Of a stretch of 64,000 bases of DNA, positions 47,676 to 56,932 are shown one piece after another. Origin of the DNA: Alphaproteobacteria bacterium (GTDB taxonomy: Bacteria > Pseudomonadota > Alphaproteobacteria > M2410); assembly GCA_965248915.1 (NCBI GenBank), contig OZ252216.1:3349889-3413888 (forward strand), given 5' to 3'. Made by a program: the position numbers and the translations under genes. Numbering within the stretch: the stretch's first letter is position 1; the number at the start of each line of letters is the position of its first letter. Under the pieces are notes generated by a model. It searched no databases. It saw nothing but the letters and a program-made list of their open reading frames with translations, and had not been told where the DNA came from.

Positions 47676-48482
47676 ATGTCCCATTTGGTTTACGAAAAAA
47701 GGAACGGAATAGCCTATCTCACAATGAATCGTCCTGATCGTAGTAATTCTTTGAGTCCGCAAATGATAGTTGAAATGGCTAAAGCTTGGAGTGACTTCAG
47801 GGACGATGAAGATGCGCGAGTCGCCGTACTGACCGGCGCCGGTGACAGAGCGTTTTGTTCTGGCGCAGATCTGGGTTTGCTAATTCCATTGATGTCCCGT
47901 GCTCGCCAGCCGGAAGATGAGTACGACGAAGCATTCTTAAAAGACAGATCATTGATACAGACCGCATTGTTGCGTGACTTCAAGCTCTACAAGCCGGTCG
48001 TTGCAGCGATTAACGGGTTTGCGCTTGCTGGCGGTATGGAGATCATCCAAGCGACAGACATAAGACTTGCAGCACCAGGAAGTGAGTTCGGCCTGTCCGA
48101 GGTGATGCGGGGGATTGTTCCTGCGGGGGGGTCGCTCGTTCGGTTGGCCAGGCAAATTCCATACTGCAAGGCTATGGAGGTACTATTGATTGGCGATCGA
48201 ATGAATGCCGCCGAAGCATTGCGTATTGGACTGATCAATGAAGTTGTCTCAGATGGCACATTGATGGACAGAGCGGAGGAAATAGGACAGCGGATAGCAG
48301 ACAATGGGCCATTGGCGGTTGCGGCATGCAAGGAAGCCGTCCTTCGCACCAGCGGAATGCCCTTAAAGGAGGCATTTGCTATTGAGAGTGAGATTGGTGC
48401 CATGATCTTGCGTTCCAAAGATGCCGTTGAGGGCCCTCGGGCATTTATGGAAAAGCGAAAACCCGATTTTACTGGGACGTGA
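47676..48482 (+). CDS. enoyl-CoA hydratase/isomerase (crotonase) family
   Basis: IAYLTMNRPDRSNSL and AVLTGAGDRAFCSGADL. 1-bp gap after the NMO gene. Confidence 0.9.
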   Translation: MSHLVYEKRNGIAYLTMNRPDRSNSLSPQMIVEMAKAWSDFRDDEDARVAVLTGAGDRAFCSGADLGLLIPLMSRARQPEDEYDEAFLKDRSLIQTALLRDFKLYKPVVAAINGFALAGGMEIIQATDIRLAAPGSEFGLSEVMRGIVPAGGSLVRLARQIPYCKAMEVLLIGDRMNAAEALRIGLINEVVSDGTLMDRAEEIGQRIADNGPLAVAACKEAVLRTSGMPLKEAFAIESEIGAMILRSKDAVEGPRAFMEKRKPDFTGT

Positions 48483-48709
48483 GGATCACGCGCTAGGAGC
48501 CGGTGTAGGCGTCGCCCATCCTGGCACCAACAATACCGAGCGAGCAGAGTCACTGCCGCTCAAGTAAATGTTCACTGTGGAAGTCTTGCGACACAGGCTA
48601 TTTTGAGCTGGAATTTTCCATTTGCGATCACTTGAACAAGAAGAGAAGGGCCTCACCAAAAGGAAATAGATCCACGAAATCCGCAGTTTTTCTCAATAGT
48701 AAACTGAAC

Positions 48710-49077
48710 CTATTCAATCTTTGGCTGGAAACTGATCTGCGTGCCATTTGGAGCTCGGAGATAGTAGATACGCTCGCCATGGGCGATCGTAGGACCGAGA
48801 GGCGAGAGGCCATTTTTTTGGGCGTTTTCAGCCCATGCCTCAACATCATCAACAATGATCTGCAACATGGTCATTTCGGGCATCTCATCGGAGGCGGGCC
48901 AAACCTCGACCCAGCTGTCATCGCCAGCAGGAAATACACTTCCCCAGCGAAGGGATCGTCAGCTCCCCCTAGGTTGCGCGATGGCAATCCCAGTCCCTTG
49001 CCCAAAAAATCAGAGAAACTTTCCGCATCCGCAAGAACCGCACAATGCCGAATTCCAAGTACTTTCATGTCTCTCAT
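48710..49077 (-). pseudogene. frameshifted VOC (glyoxalase/bleomycin-resistance/dioxygenase) family gene
   Basis: One frame gives MRDMKVLGIRHCAVLADAESFSDFLGKGLGLPSRNLGGADDPFAGEVYF. Near 48930 another frame continues PAGDDSWVEVWPASDEMPEMTMLQIIVDDVEAWAENAQKNGLSPLGPTIAHGERIYYLRAPNGTQISFQPKIE*. Joined, they form one VOC-like domain of about 120 aa. Confidence 0.6.
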
Positions 49078-49346
49078 CTCCCTCCGGAGTGAAAAGTGCA
49101 AACGCTAATCCGGATGTTGTATGTTCAGTCGAGCTACATTTCGATCACACCAATTCACCTATGGGTGCAAGATCTCTAAGGCGAGATCGACGCCCATGTG
49201 TCGATAAAGGCCGCCCCTTTCAAAATCACAATGTTCTGCTCTTCGCTAAATCCACGACATGTCAAAGGCCCGTCTCCTCAATCGATCAGACTCCACAATA
49301 TTTTGGAGGACTTCAAGTGGAGCACGTCAGTGTGAATTTTGTATTC

Positions 49347-50006
49347 TTAGGGATCGTCGTGAAGAGTCCCAAAGAGCTTGTCGCAAATTGGATAGGTGAT
49401 GTTGAAATTGTACTTCGCCATTAAGGTCTTGTTGTGGTGCGTCGTGTGGTGTTGTCTTAGCGCACTCATGAACGGCAATTTCGATGGCCAGGCGGATTCT
49501 TCGATATGATAACAAAAGTGCAAGATCTCATAGTTGAGAAAGTAGAGCGCCGATGTGAAAACGAACAAGAATGCCACATTGGGTGAGAACAAGAAGTAAA
49601 GCAGTGCACCAACGGGTGTCGCGAAACAACCAAAAAAGAAGAACAACATGACCGGTGGAAAAAGGACGGCCTTATAGTCTTTTGAAGAGTCGAATGTTGT
49701 CGCTTCTTCGGTAAAGAAAGAGTGATGTTCAATCGCATGCCGATGATAGAGGAGGCCGAAGAACTTTGTTCGCTTGTGCATCGGCCCTTTGTGCCCCAAA
49801 TACTCAACCAGATTGGCATAGGCGAAAGTTACAGGAAGTGTCGTCCATTCCAAGGCGCTAATGTCTTTGAGCATAATGATCGAAAACACGATCACCGCGA
49901 GCGTGACCGAAACCGTTGTCGCCAAATGTAGCGGGCCGGAGTAACTCATGGAAATATTGTTTTCACGAAAAGCTCTGCGAGACTTCTCAACTGTTTGCTC
50001 TGACAT
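49347..50006 (-). CDS. fatty-acid hydroxylase / sterol desaturase-family membrane di-iron protein
   Basis: Histidine boxes HKGPMH, HRHAIEHH and HHTTHH, with four hydrophobic segments. Confidence 0.7.
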   Translation of the reverse strand: MSEQTVEKSRRAFRENNISMSYSGPLHLATTVSVTLAVIVFSIIMLKDISALEWTTLPVTFAYANLVEYLGHKGPMHKRTKFFGLLYHRHAIEHHSFFTEEATTFDSSKDYKAVLFPPVMLFFFFGCFATPVGALLYFLFSPNVAFLFVFTSALYFLNYEILHFCYHIEESAWPSKLPFMSALRQHHTTHHNKTLMAKYNFNITYPICDKLFGTLHDDP

Positions 50007-50234
50007 GGGGCCTTGTTTCTTGTTGTCTGCTAATCACAAAGATTGGGTACTGGATCCAGTATAGCCTCGGCGAGTATGACAATTTTCATATCGAGTCAAG
50101 TAATACATGAAAACTGAGTAAGACTTGACAAATTGATTTGACGGGCTCAAGTTCTAATCATGAACAGGTGGTGATGCCACCCTTGCCGTATCCTTTGGCC
50201 TGTAGTGCCTTTGCCCCTTGGGATGGAGCCCGAC

Positions 50235-51377
50235 ATGTTACGACCACCGCTTGAAGAACATGAAATCTTCCGCAATTCGGTGACCGAGTTTGTTGAGCGT
50301 GAGGTGAAGCCGAATGCACTTGAATGGGACCGGGCCGGCGAAGTTCCACGTGAGCTGTTCGAGAAGCTTGCCAGTCTCGGGTTTCTCGGCGTTCGTCTGT
50401 CCGAAGATGTCGGCGGCGCCGGTCTCGACTTTTGGTACACGACCATCCTGTTGCAAGAGCTAATGCGTTGCGGTTTGGTTGGCGTTCCAGTGGCCGTAAT
50501 GGCCCATGCCGAGTTCGCCACTAAAGTCATTGATCGCGAAGGATCTGAGGAACTGCGTAAGCGATTTGTCGCTGCCGCGGTGCGAGGAGAGAAAGTCGGA
50601 TCTCTGGGTGTCACCGAACCGGGCGCTGGCAGTGATGTCGCCGCCATACGCACCAAGGCTGTGCGCGACGGCGACGAATATGTGATCAATGGCGCCAAGG
50701 TCTTCATCACCAATGGGACGATCTCTGATTTCGTCACGACGGCGGTTCGCACAGGTGGTGAAGGATACAAGGGCGTCTCGCTTGTCGTTGTACCAACGGA
50801 CACGCAAGGGCTTAGCCGGCGCCGGTTACAGAAAACTGCGACCCATGCCTCAGATACCGCAGAAATCATATTCGACAATGTGCGCGTGCCGGTGGGTAAT
50901 CTGGTCGGCGAGGAGGGAAAAGGCTTCCGTTACATTATGCAAGGTTTCGAGGGTGAGCGCTTAGTGCTTTCCGTCATCGCTTGCAGCCAAATGCGGCTGA
51001 TGTTCGAAGAGGCGCGTGGATGGGGCCATGACCGTAAGGCTTTCGGTCAGTCATTATTGGGTTTCCAGGTTTGGCAGCACCGCTTGGCCGATGTCATAAC
51101 CGAAATCGCAGCCGCAGAAGCGTTGACCCAGCGTGCCATCGAACTCTATGTCGATGGCCAACCGGCCAATGCAGAAATCTCCATGGCCAAGCTTTTCGCG
51201 ACCGAGAAGGCCCGTCATGTGGCGCACGAGTGCGCTCAGATTTTCGGCGGTATGGCACTCATGGAGGAGACGTCAATGGCGCGGCTCTACCGCGATTGCA
51301 TGGGCTTCACCATCGGTGCCGGCACCAGTGAAACGATGAGAAACATCATCGCTAAAACGAATGACTTGATGGTCTGA
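50235..51377 (+). CDS. acyl-CoA dehydrogenase
   Basis: Start MLRPPLEEHEIF preceded by GGAG. Motifs GVTEPGAGSD, FITNGT and C-terminal IGAGTSETMRNIIAK. Confidence 0.9.
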   Translation: MLRPPLEEHEIFRNSVTEFVEREVKPNALEWDRAGEVPRELFEKLASLGFLGVRLSEDVGGAGLDFWYTTILLQELMRCGLVGVPVAVMAHAEFATKVIDREGSEELRKRFVAAAVRGEKVGSLGVTEPGAGSDVAAIRTKAVRDGDEYVINGAKVFITNGTISDFVTTAVRTGGEGYKGVSLVVVPTDTQGLSRRRLQKTATHASDTAEIIFDNVRVPVGNLVGEEGKGFRYIMQGFEGERLVLSVIACSQMRLMFEEARGWGHDRKAFGQSLLGFQVWQHRLADVITEIAAAEALTQRAIELYVDGQPANAEISMAKLFATEKARHVAHECAQIFGGMALMEETSMARLYRDCMGFTIGAGTSETMRNIIAKTNDLMV

Positions 51378-51387
51378 GGGGCGATAA

Positions 51388-52464
51388 ATGGGGCCAAAGA
51401 GAGAAATGCTTGCACATGTCAGCGGTGTCGCCACCGTCGGACCGGTGGTGCACGATCCCCGGTCGATACCTGAGGTCGTCCTTGAAGCGGTTGAAGCTGC
51501 GCTCGCTGATGCCAATCTCACATATGACGACATCGATGCTGTTGTAACGGCGTCGGTGGACCTATTCGATGGACTTACTGCTTCGAACATTGCCGTTACC
51601 GAGGTTGTCGGTGCGGTGATGAAACCTGAAACTCGCATTGCCGCAGATGGACTCTGTGCATTCATACATGGCGTCGCGCAGGTCTGCGCCGGTGCATACA
51701 AGACTGTACTCGTAGTCGCTCACTCAAAGCCATCTCTTTCGAATTTTGATGACATTACCCTTTGGGCCATGGAGCCGGTCTTCTCCCAATCACTGGGTTT
51801 GGATTTCAAATCCGCTGCTGGACTGCAGGCGGCGAACATTGCTGCCCAAGACAAGGATGCTGTGCACCGGTGGGCTGAACTAGTATCTGCGCGCCGTGCC
51901 GCAGCCAGCGGCGGCATTGCTGGTACAGTTTCGGTTCAGGAGGTTCTCGACTCCGAAATTATCGCCTCCCCTCTACGAAAAGAAATGGTAGCGCCTTTTG
52001 GAGACGGAGCTTGTGCGGTTGTCTTGAGCAAAAGCGACCTCTCTCATTCTAATGAGGTGGGAGTTGTTGTCTCAGGTGTAGGTCATGACCTGGCCCCGCA
52101 CGCTCTCGGCGATCGTAATCTGACGAGGCTCGATGGGTTGACGCGTGCATGTAACCGAGCCTATGGCATCGCCGGTATCGAAAAGCCATCAGAGTGTTTT
52201 GATCTCGCGGAACCGTCCGCAATCTATCCGCATGAAGAGGAGTTGTTTGCATCTGCTGCCGGGTTCGGCCCTGCGGTTTCTCTCTCACCGGGGGGAGGTC
52301 TATTCGCAGGCCACGTTCCCGTTGCAGCCGGTCTTACACGTTTGGTCGATTGCGTTCGGTTCATTCGCAGCAATAGCGATTGCCACCGCGCCATGGCTCA
52401 TGGCGCTTGGGGGCCTGCTGGGCAAGGTCAGGCGGTCACTGTACTCGAAAGGATGATCCCATGA
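51388..52464 (+). CDS. thiolase-fold protein A (no canonical nucleophile by eye)
   Basis: Thiolase-like blocks DIDAVVTASVD, CAVVLSK and SPGGGLFAGHVPVAAG. The C-A-S-G position reads A-A-D-G. SD GAGGGG lies upstream. Confidence 0.65.
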   Translation: MGPKREMLAHVSGVATVGPVVHDPRSIPEVVLEAVEAALADANLTYDDIDAVVTASVDLFDGLTASNIAVTEVVGAVMKPETRIAADGLCAFIHGVAQVCAGAYKTVLVVAHSKPSLSNFDDITLWAMEPVFSQSLGLDFKSAAGLQAANIAAQDKDAVHRWAELVSARRAAASGGIAGTVSVQEVLDSEIIASPLRKEMVAPFGDGACAVVLSKSDLSHSNEVGVVVSGVGHDLAPHALGDRNLTRLDGLTRACNRAYGIAGIEKPSECFDLAEPSAIYPHEEELFASAAGFGPAVSLSPGGGLFAGHVPVAAGLTRLVDCVRFIRSNSDCHRAMAHGAWGPAGQGQAVTVLERMIP

Positions 52465-53615
52465 AGCGCGTCGGTATCATCGGCACCGGTCAAACCAAAC
52501 ATACGCGCCTGCGCGACGATGTGAATCAGTCCGAACTTGTGCGTGAAGCTGCAGCACGGGCTCTCAGCGATGCTGGTATAGATTCTCACGAAATTGATGC
52601 CGTCGTAATATCAAACATGGAGCTTTTTGAAGGCCGCGCGTTTCCCGAGTTGTGGGTCGGGGAGGGTGCCTTTGCATTGGGCAAGCCATGCATGAAAGTA
52701 GCGACAGGCGGAACGTCCGGCACAAGTTCCTGCATTGCAGGTTACCATCAAGTGGCTTCCGGCCTATTTGACATTGTTCTCGTCGTTGGATTCGAGAAAC
52801 ACTCCGAAGGCCACACTCAAGCTGGTATGGCCCTCGTCGATCCATTTTGGGATCGAGCCGTTGCCTCCGGCGCCCTTGGAAATTTCGCACTTTCAATATC
52901 GCAATACATGGCCGAGCGTGGTGTCACAGAAGACCATGCTGCCAAAGTTGCCGTGAAAGCGAGACGCAATGGGGCGCTCAATCCGCACGCCCATTTGCAG
53001 AATGCGGATGTGACGATTGAGGATGTCTTGCAATCGAAGATGTTGGCCTATCCGGTTCGCATGCTTGACATGTGTCCTCAGTCGGATGGTGCATGTGCCA
53101 TTGTTTTGGCGAGTGAAGACCGCGCGGAAGCTCTCTGCGATCGCCCGGCATGGATTGAGGCCGCCGCAACCCGCCATCAGCAACCCTATATCGGCGACAT
53201 AGAGCGTCGTCTGGTGACAATGGAAACCCTGCGAGATGCAGCACGCGAAGTATATGACAAAGCCGGTATCACGGATCCATTGCACGACTTCGACGTAGCG
53301 GAAATCTATGAGCCTACGACCTACGCCGAACTCGCCTGGTATGAGGCCCTTGGTTTTTGTCAGGAAGGTAAGGCGGGAGATCTGATTGATAGTGGCATCA
53401 CCGAAATTGGTGGAACGATGCCGGTCAATCCGTCGGGCGGTGTATTGTGTGCCAATCCGGTTGGGGCCACTGGGGTCGTTCGGATTGCCGAGGCTGCAAA
53501 GCAGATCCTGGGACGAGCAGGAGACTATCAAATCGATGGTGCGACCACTGCGTTGGCCACAGGCTACGGTGTTTATGCTTGGGCTGATGCAATGATCTTG
53601 CGGGGGGCGGCATGA
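52461..53615 (+). CDS. thiolase-fold protein B, SCP-x-like (no canonical nucleophile by eye)
   Basis: MKRVGIIGTGQTKH, VVGFEKHSEG and VNPSGGVLCANPVGATG. The C-A-S-G position reads G-T-S-G, and the GHP position reads ANP. ATGA overlap with protein A. Confidence 0.8.
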   Translation: MKRVGIIGTGQTKHTRLRDDVNQSELVREAAARALSDAGIDSHEIDAVVISNMELFEGRAFPELWVGEGAFALGKPCMKVATGGTSGTSSCIAGYHQVASGLFDIVLVVGFEKHSEGHTQAGMALVDPFWDRAVASGALGNFALSISQYMAERGVTEDHAAKVAVKARRNGALNPHAHLQNADVTIEDVLQSKMLAYPVRMLDMCPQSDGACAIVLASEDRAEALCDRPAWIEAAATRHQQPYIGDIERRLVTMETLRDAAREVYDKAGITDPLHDFDVAEIYEPTTYAELAWYEALGFCQEGKAGDLIDSGITEIGGTMPVNPSGGVLCANPVGATGVVRIAEAAKQILGRAGDYQIDGATTALATGYGVYAWADAMILRGAA

Positions 53616-54064
53616 CCGGCGGCAGGACCATTACCCACGAAATGAACTTGACTTGGGCCTATGCGTCAGGCGCCGCTATGGAACGGTTCAGTGAGGGATT
53701 GAAGGCGCGGCGCATTGAGGCGATAAAGTGTGGCAACTGCAATCGACGATACTTGCCACCTCGCCCCTTCTGCGGTCGTTGCAACGAGCGTATTGCCGAG
53801 TGGGTGCCTGTGGCCGATGAGGGTGTACTTGAGGCCTGGACGGTAATGTATCTACCCATCATCGATGGGCGCACCGGCGAGATGCGCGAACCGCCCTACG
53901 GCATGGGACTTATCCGCCTCGATGGTGCAGATACCACACTTAACCACTACTTGGCAGAAAGCGATCCGCAGACCTTGGCCGTTGGACAACGTGTCCGTGC
54001 CGTTTGGCGCGACGAACTTCACGGTGCCATGGATGATATCTTGCACTTTGAGGTGATGCGATGA
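53612..54064 (+). CDS. DUF35 Zn-ribbon/OB-fold protein A
   Basis: CGNCNRRYLPPRPFCGRCN ribbon plus an OB-like tail. 4-bp overlaps on both sides. Confidence 0.8.
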   Translation: MTGGRTITHEMNLTWAYASGAAMERFSEGLKARRIEAIKCGNCNRRYLPPRPFCGRCNERIAEWVPVADEGVLEAWTVMYLPIIDGRTGEMREPPYGMGLIRLDGADTTLNHYLAESDPQTLAVGQRVRAVWRDELHGAMDDILHFEVMR

Positions 54065-54474
54065 TCCGCGAGGGAAGCATAAAACTCCCCTTTGCTTTCG
54101 CGGTAGGCGAGGCGGCGAGTAAGGTCCTTGAGGCGATAGAGGAGCGGCAGGAGATATTGGGGTCTCACTGTTTCGCCTGCGATGAGGTTTTCGCTCCCGC
54201 ACGTTCTTTTTGTCCCGGATGCGGAACATCCGACCTGACAACACGGCTGGTCGGCCCGGGGGGAACTCTTCGGGCGTGGACAGATGTGCCAGGGCGGGGG
54301 GTCTTCGGTCTCATTTTGCTCGATGGTGCAAGTCGCCCTTGGGTTCACAACCTGATTGGAGACCGTAACCAATTTGGCGTCGGTGTGCGGGTTGAAGCAC
54401 GCTTCAGCCCAATTCAGGGAGATCCGAGTAAAGCGGCACTTGTCGGGTTCGAGCATATGGAGGCCGCACAATGA
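54061..54474 (+). CDS. DUF35 Zn-ribbon/OB-fold protein B
   Basis: CFACDEVFAPARSFCPGCG ribbon plus an OB-like tail. 4-bp overlaps on both sides. Confidence 0.75.
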   Translation: MIREGSIKLPFAFAVGEAASKVLEAIEERQEILGSHCFACDEVFAPARSFCPGCGTSDLTTRLVGPGGTLRAWTDVPGRGVFGLILLDGASRPWVHNLIGDRNQFGVGVRVEARFSPIQGDPSKAALVGFEHMEAAQ

Positions 54475-55262
54475 CAGTTCGCACCGAACGTCAAGACGGA
54501 ACACTGATTGTCACAATTGATCGACCCGAAGCGCGAAATGCCCTCAATGCTGAGGCGCGGCAGAGGTTAAACGAAGCCTGGTTGGCGTTTCGAGACGATG
54601 ACGATTTGCGGGTCGCTATACTTACCGGCGCCGGAGACAAGAGTTTCTGTGCTGGGGCTGATTTGAAGGAAATGGGCGACTACTACAAGTCCATGACGCC
54701 AATCGAACGCCGCGAACGAGGCGAACGAGAGGTGGGACTTGGGGGGCTTACGCGCAATTTCGATGCCCGCAAACCCATCATCGCGGCGATCAACGGTCAC
54801 TGCTTGGCTGGTGGACTGGAGCTGGCCTTAGCATGTGACATTAGGATTGCCGTATCCCACGCGACCTTCGGACTACCTGAGGTTAAGCGTGGCATATTGC
54901 CCGGCGCAGGCGGCACACAGCGATTGCCACGAAGCGTTCCGTTTGGCGTTGCGCTTGAGATGATCCTAACAGGCGCACCGATCTCGATTGATGACGCGCT
55001 CAATTGGGGACTTGTTAGCCATGTCGTTGAGTCGGAGAGGCTGCTCGATGAAGCGCTTCGCATCGCCTCGTTAATTGCCGCTAACGGCCCGCTTGCAGTG
55101 CGCGCCGCGCGTGATGCCGTCTATCAAGGGATTTCTTTGCCACTCGTTGAAGCGCTGCGACTCGAGCAATTCCATGCCGAACCTTTGCGTCAAACGCAAG
55201 ACGCGCAAGAAGGCGTGCGTGCCTTCATCGAAAAACGCGTCCCGAAATTCAAAGGAAGATAG
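54471..55262 (+). CDS. enoyl-CoA hydratase/isomerase (crotonase) family
   Basis: LIVTIDRPEARNALN and AILTGAGDKSFCAGADLKE. Confidence 0.9.
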   Translation: MTVRTERQDGTLIVTIDRPEARNALNAEARQRLNEAWLAFRDDDDLRVAILTGAGDKSFCAGADLKEMGDYYKSMTPIERRERGEREVGLGGLTRNFDARKPIIAAINGHCLAGGLELALACDIRIAVSHATFGLPEVKRGILPGAGGTQRLPRSVPFGVALEMILTGAPISIDDALNWGLVSHVVESERLLDEALRIASLIAANGPLAVRAARDAVYQGISLPLVEALRLEQFHAEPLRQTQDAQEGVRAFIEKRVPKFKGR

Positions 55263-55266
55263 CGAT

Positions 55267-56046
55267 ATGGTCAACCAACACATAAAAACCACCTCAGAGA
55301 ATCGAATTCTTCGCATTACCTTGAACCGACCCGACATTTTGAATGCGCTGAATGCAGAAATGTTGGAAGAAATCCATGCCGCCGTGATAGCCGCCGAAGC
55401 AGATGAATCTGTTCGCGTTCTGTTAGTCGACTCTGCGAGCGATCGATCTTTTTCCGCTGGAATTGATGTTGCCTATGTCAAGGACATGGATGCCTTTGGC
55501 TCGCGCGCCATGGGTCAGCTGCTTCATAAGGTTTTCTTAGGCCTTAGGACTGTGAAGAAGCCTGTCGTTTGTTCGATCGATGGCCTGTGTTTAGGCGCCG
55601 GCCTTGAGCTTGCACTGTCTTGCGATTTCATGATCGCGTCGGATCGTTCACGCTTTGGATTACCTAACATTCATCGCGGTATTCCCGCCATCGTCGAAGC
55701 TGCAATACTTCCTATCGCCATTGGCATCCAGGGCACGCGTGAACTCTGTTATTTGGGTGAGTTTTGGGATGCTGAAAAGGCCGAGCGCCGTGGGCTCGTG
55801 CAAGCGATTCATGCATCCAAAAATCTCGCGCAAGAAGTCGACACGCTTTGTCGGACTCTTGCGGAAAAGAGCCCCTTCGCGCTTGAGACCCAAAAAGAAA
55901 TTATTCACAAATGGATGACGACAGATCTTGAGAGTGCCATCGACTTCTCGATCAATACAGTGGGGTTGAACTGGCTCACCAAGGATCAAAAGGAAGGCAT
56001 GCAATCGTTTGTCGACAAGAGGTCGGCTAAGTTCAAAGGGGAGTGA
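55267..56046 (+). CDS. enoyl-CoA hydratase/isomerase (crotonase) family, divergent
   Basis: Start MVNQHIKTTSENRILRITLNRPDILNALN. The oxyanion region reads SASDRSFSAGIDV. Confidence 0.85.
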   Translation: MVNQHIKTTSENRILRITLNRPDILNALNAEMLEEIHAAVIAAEADESVRVLLVDSASDRSFSAGIDVAYVKDMDAFGSRAMGQLLHKVFLGLRTVKKPVVCSIDGLCLGAGLELALSCDFMIASDRSRFGLPNIHRGIPAIVEAAILPIAIGIQGTRELCYLGEFWDAEKAERRGLVQAIHASKNLAQEVDTLCRTLAEKSPFALETQKEIIHKWMTTDLESAIDFSINTVGLNWLTKDQKEGMQSFVDKRSAKFKGE

Positions 56047-56051
56047 AGTTT

Positions 56052-56927
56052 ATGACAAAGACCATCATCACTTGCGCTCTCACGGGGGCACAACAGGGCA
56101 AGGAAGCCAATCCCGCACTACCCGAACAACCGCAAGAGATTATCGAGGCGGGTATCGGAGCATGGCGGGCTGGTGCTGCAATCCTACACATTCACGCACG
56201 CGACAAACAGGGCAAAGCCTCAAGCGACGTTGATACGTTGCGCACCATTGTCAATGGCTTGAAAGAGAGCGGGTGCGATGCAGTAATCAACCTAAGCACT
56301 GGGGGTGCCATTGCTGGATTGCCGTTAGATGAGCGCATTCGATGTGTCCCAGAATTGAAGCCAGAGATTGGCTCTTTTAGTGTTGGTGGTGGGTCGTTGC
56401 TTGGGCGATACGATACTACTGATGGCGAGTGGCGCGGCGATCGATTTGTTCCGCTGTTTTCGTCCCATAGCGAACTCGAACGCGTGGCGAAGATATTTCA
56501 AGAAAATGATGTTCGCCCCGAACTCGAAGTCTATCACTCCGGCATGTTGAACAATATCGCTGCACTCAAAGATCGTGGCGTTCTTGATCAGCCTCTGCTT
56601 GCCAATATCGTGATGGGCATTCCGGGAGAAACCACGAAGGCGGAAGTAAAGAACCTCCTTTATATGGTTGAGGGCCTGCCACAAGACACACAGTGGCTGG
56701 TTTCCGCAATTGGGGCTCGCAATCATTTTCGTATGTTGGGCGCGGTGGTCTCTATGGGAGGCCATGTCCGTGTCGGGCTTGAAGACAATGTCTACATTTC
56801 GGCAGGCAAGCTTGCCTCATCTAATGCCGAGCTCGTGGAAAAAGCTGTGCGCATACTGCGCGAACTGGGCGCCGATCCTGCCAGTCCTGAAGATACGCGG
56901 GACATATTGAAACTTCCAAGGAGATAG
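56052..56927 (+). CDS. BKACE (beta-keto acid cleavage enzyme, DUF849) family protein
   Basis: MTKTIITCALTGAQQGKEANPALPEQPQEIIEAGIGAWRAGAAILHIHARD matches the family N-terminal TIM-barrel signature. Confidence 0.8.
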   Translation: MTKTIITCALTGAQQGKEANPALPEQPQEIIEAGIGAWRAGAAILHIHARDKQGKASSDVDTLRTIVNGLKESGCDAVINLSTGGAIAGLPLDERIRCVPELKPEIGSFSVGGGSLLGRYDTTDGEWRGDRFVPLFSSHSELERVAKIFQENDVRPELEVYHSGMLNNIAALKDRGVLDQPLLANIVMGIPGETTKAEVKNLLYMVEGLPQDTQWLVSAIGARNHFRMLGAVVSMGGHVRVGLEDNVYISAGKLASSNAELVEKAVRILRELGADPASPEDTRDILKLPRR

Positions 56928-56932
56928 GACAC

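Noticed and set aside
50095-50129. Inverted repeat GTCAAGT-N21-ACTTGAC between the hydroxylase-like gene and the 14-gene operon
   Set aside because: 7-bp arms with a long spacer are expected by chance several times per window, and I found no second copy.
50147-50878. 243-aa minus-strand ORF
   Set aside because: Antisense shadow of the acyl-CoA dehydrogenase at 50235..51377. Its Ser/Pro/Arg/Thr-rich composition carries no family signature.
52893-53531. 212-aa minus-strand ORF. Similar long antisense ORFs occur at 47987..48553, 58564..59040, 60492..60977, 61253..61828, 35284..35796, 27173..27697 and 22889..23425.
   Set aside because: Each lies wholly inside a confidently assigned gene on the other strand and shows no motif. 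All were treated as shadow ORFs.
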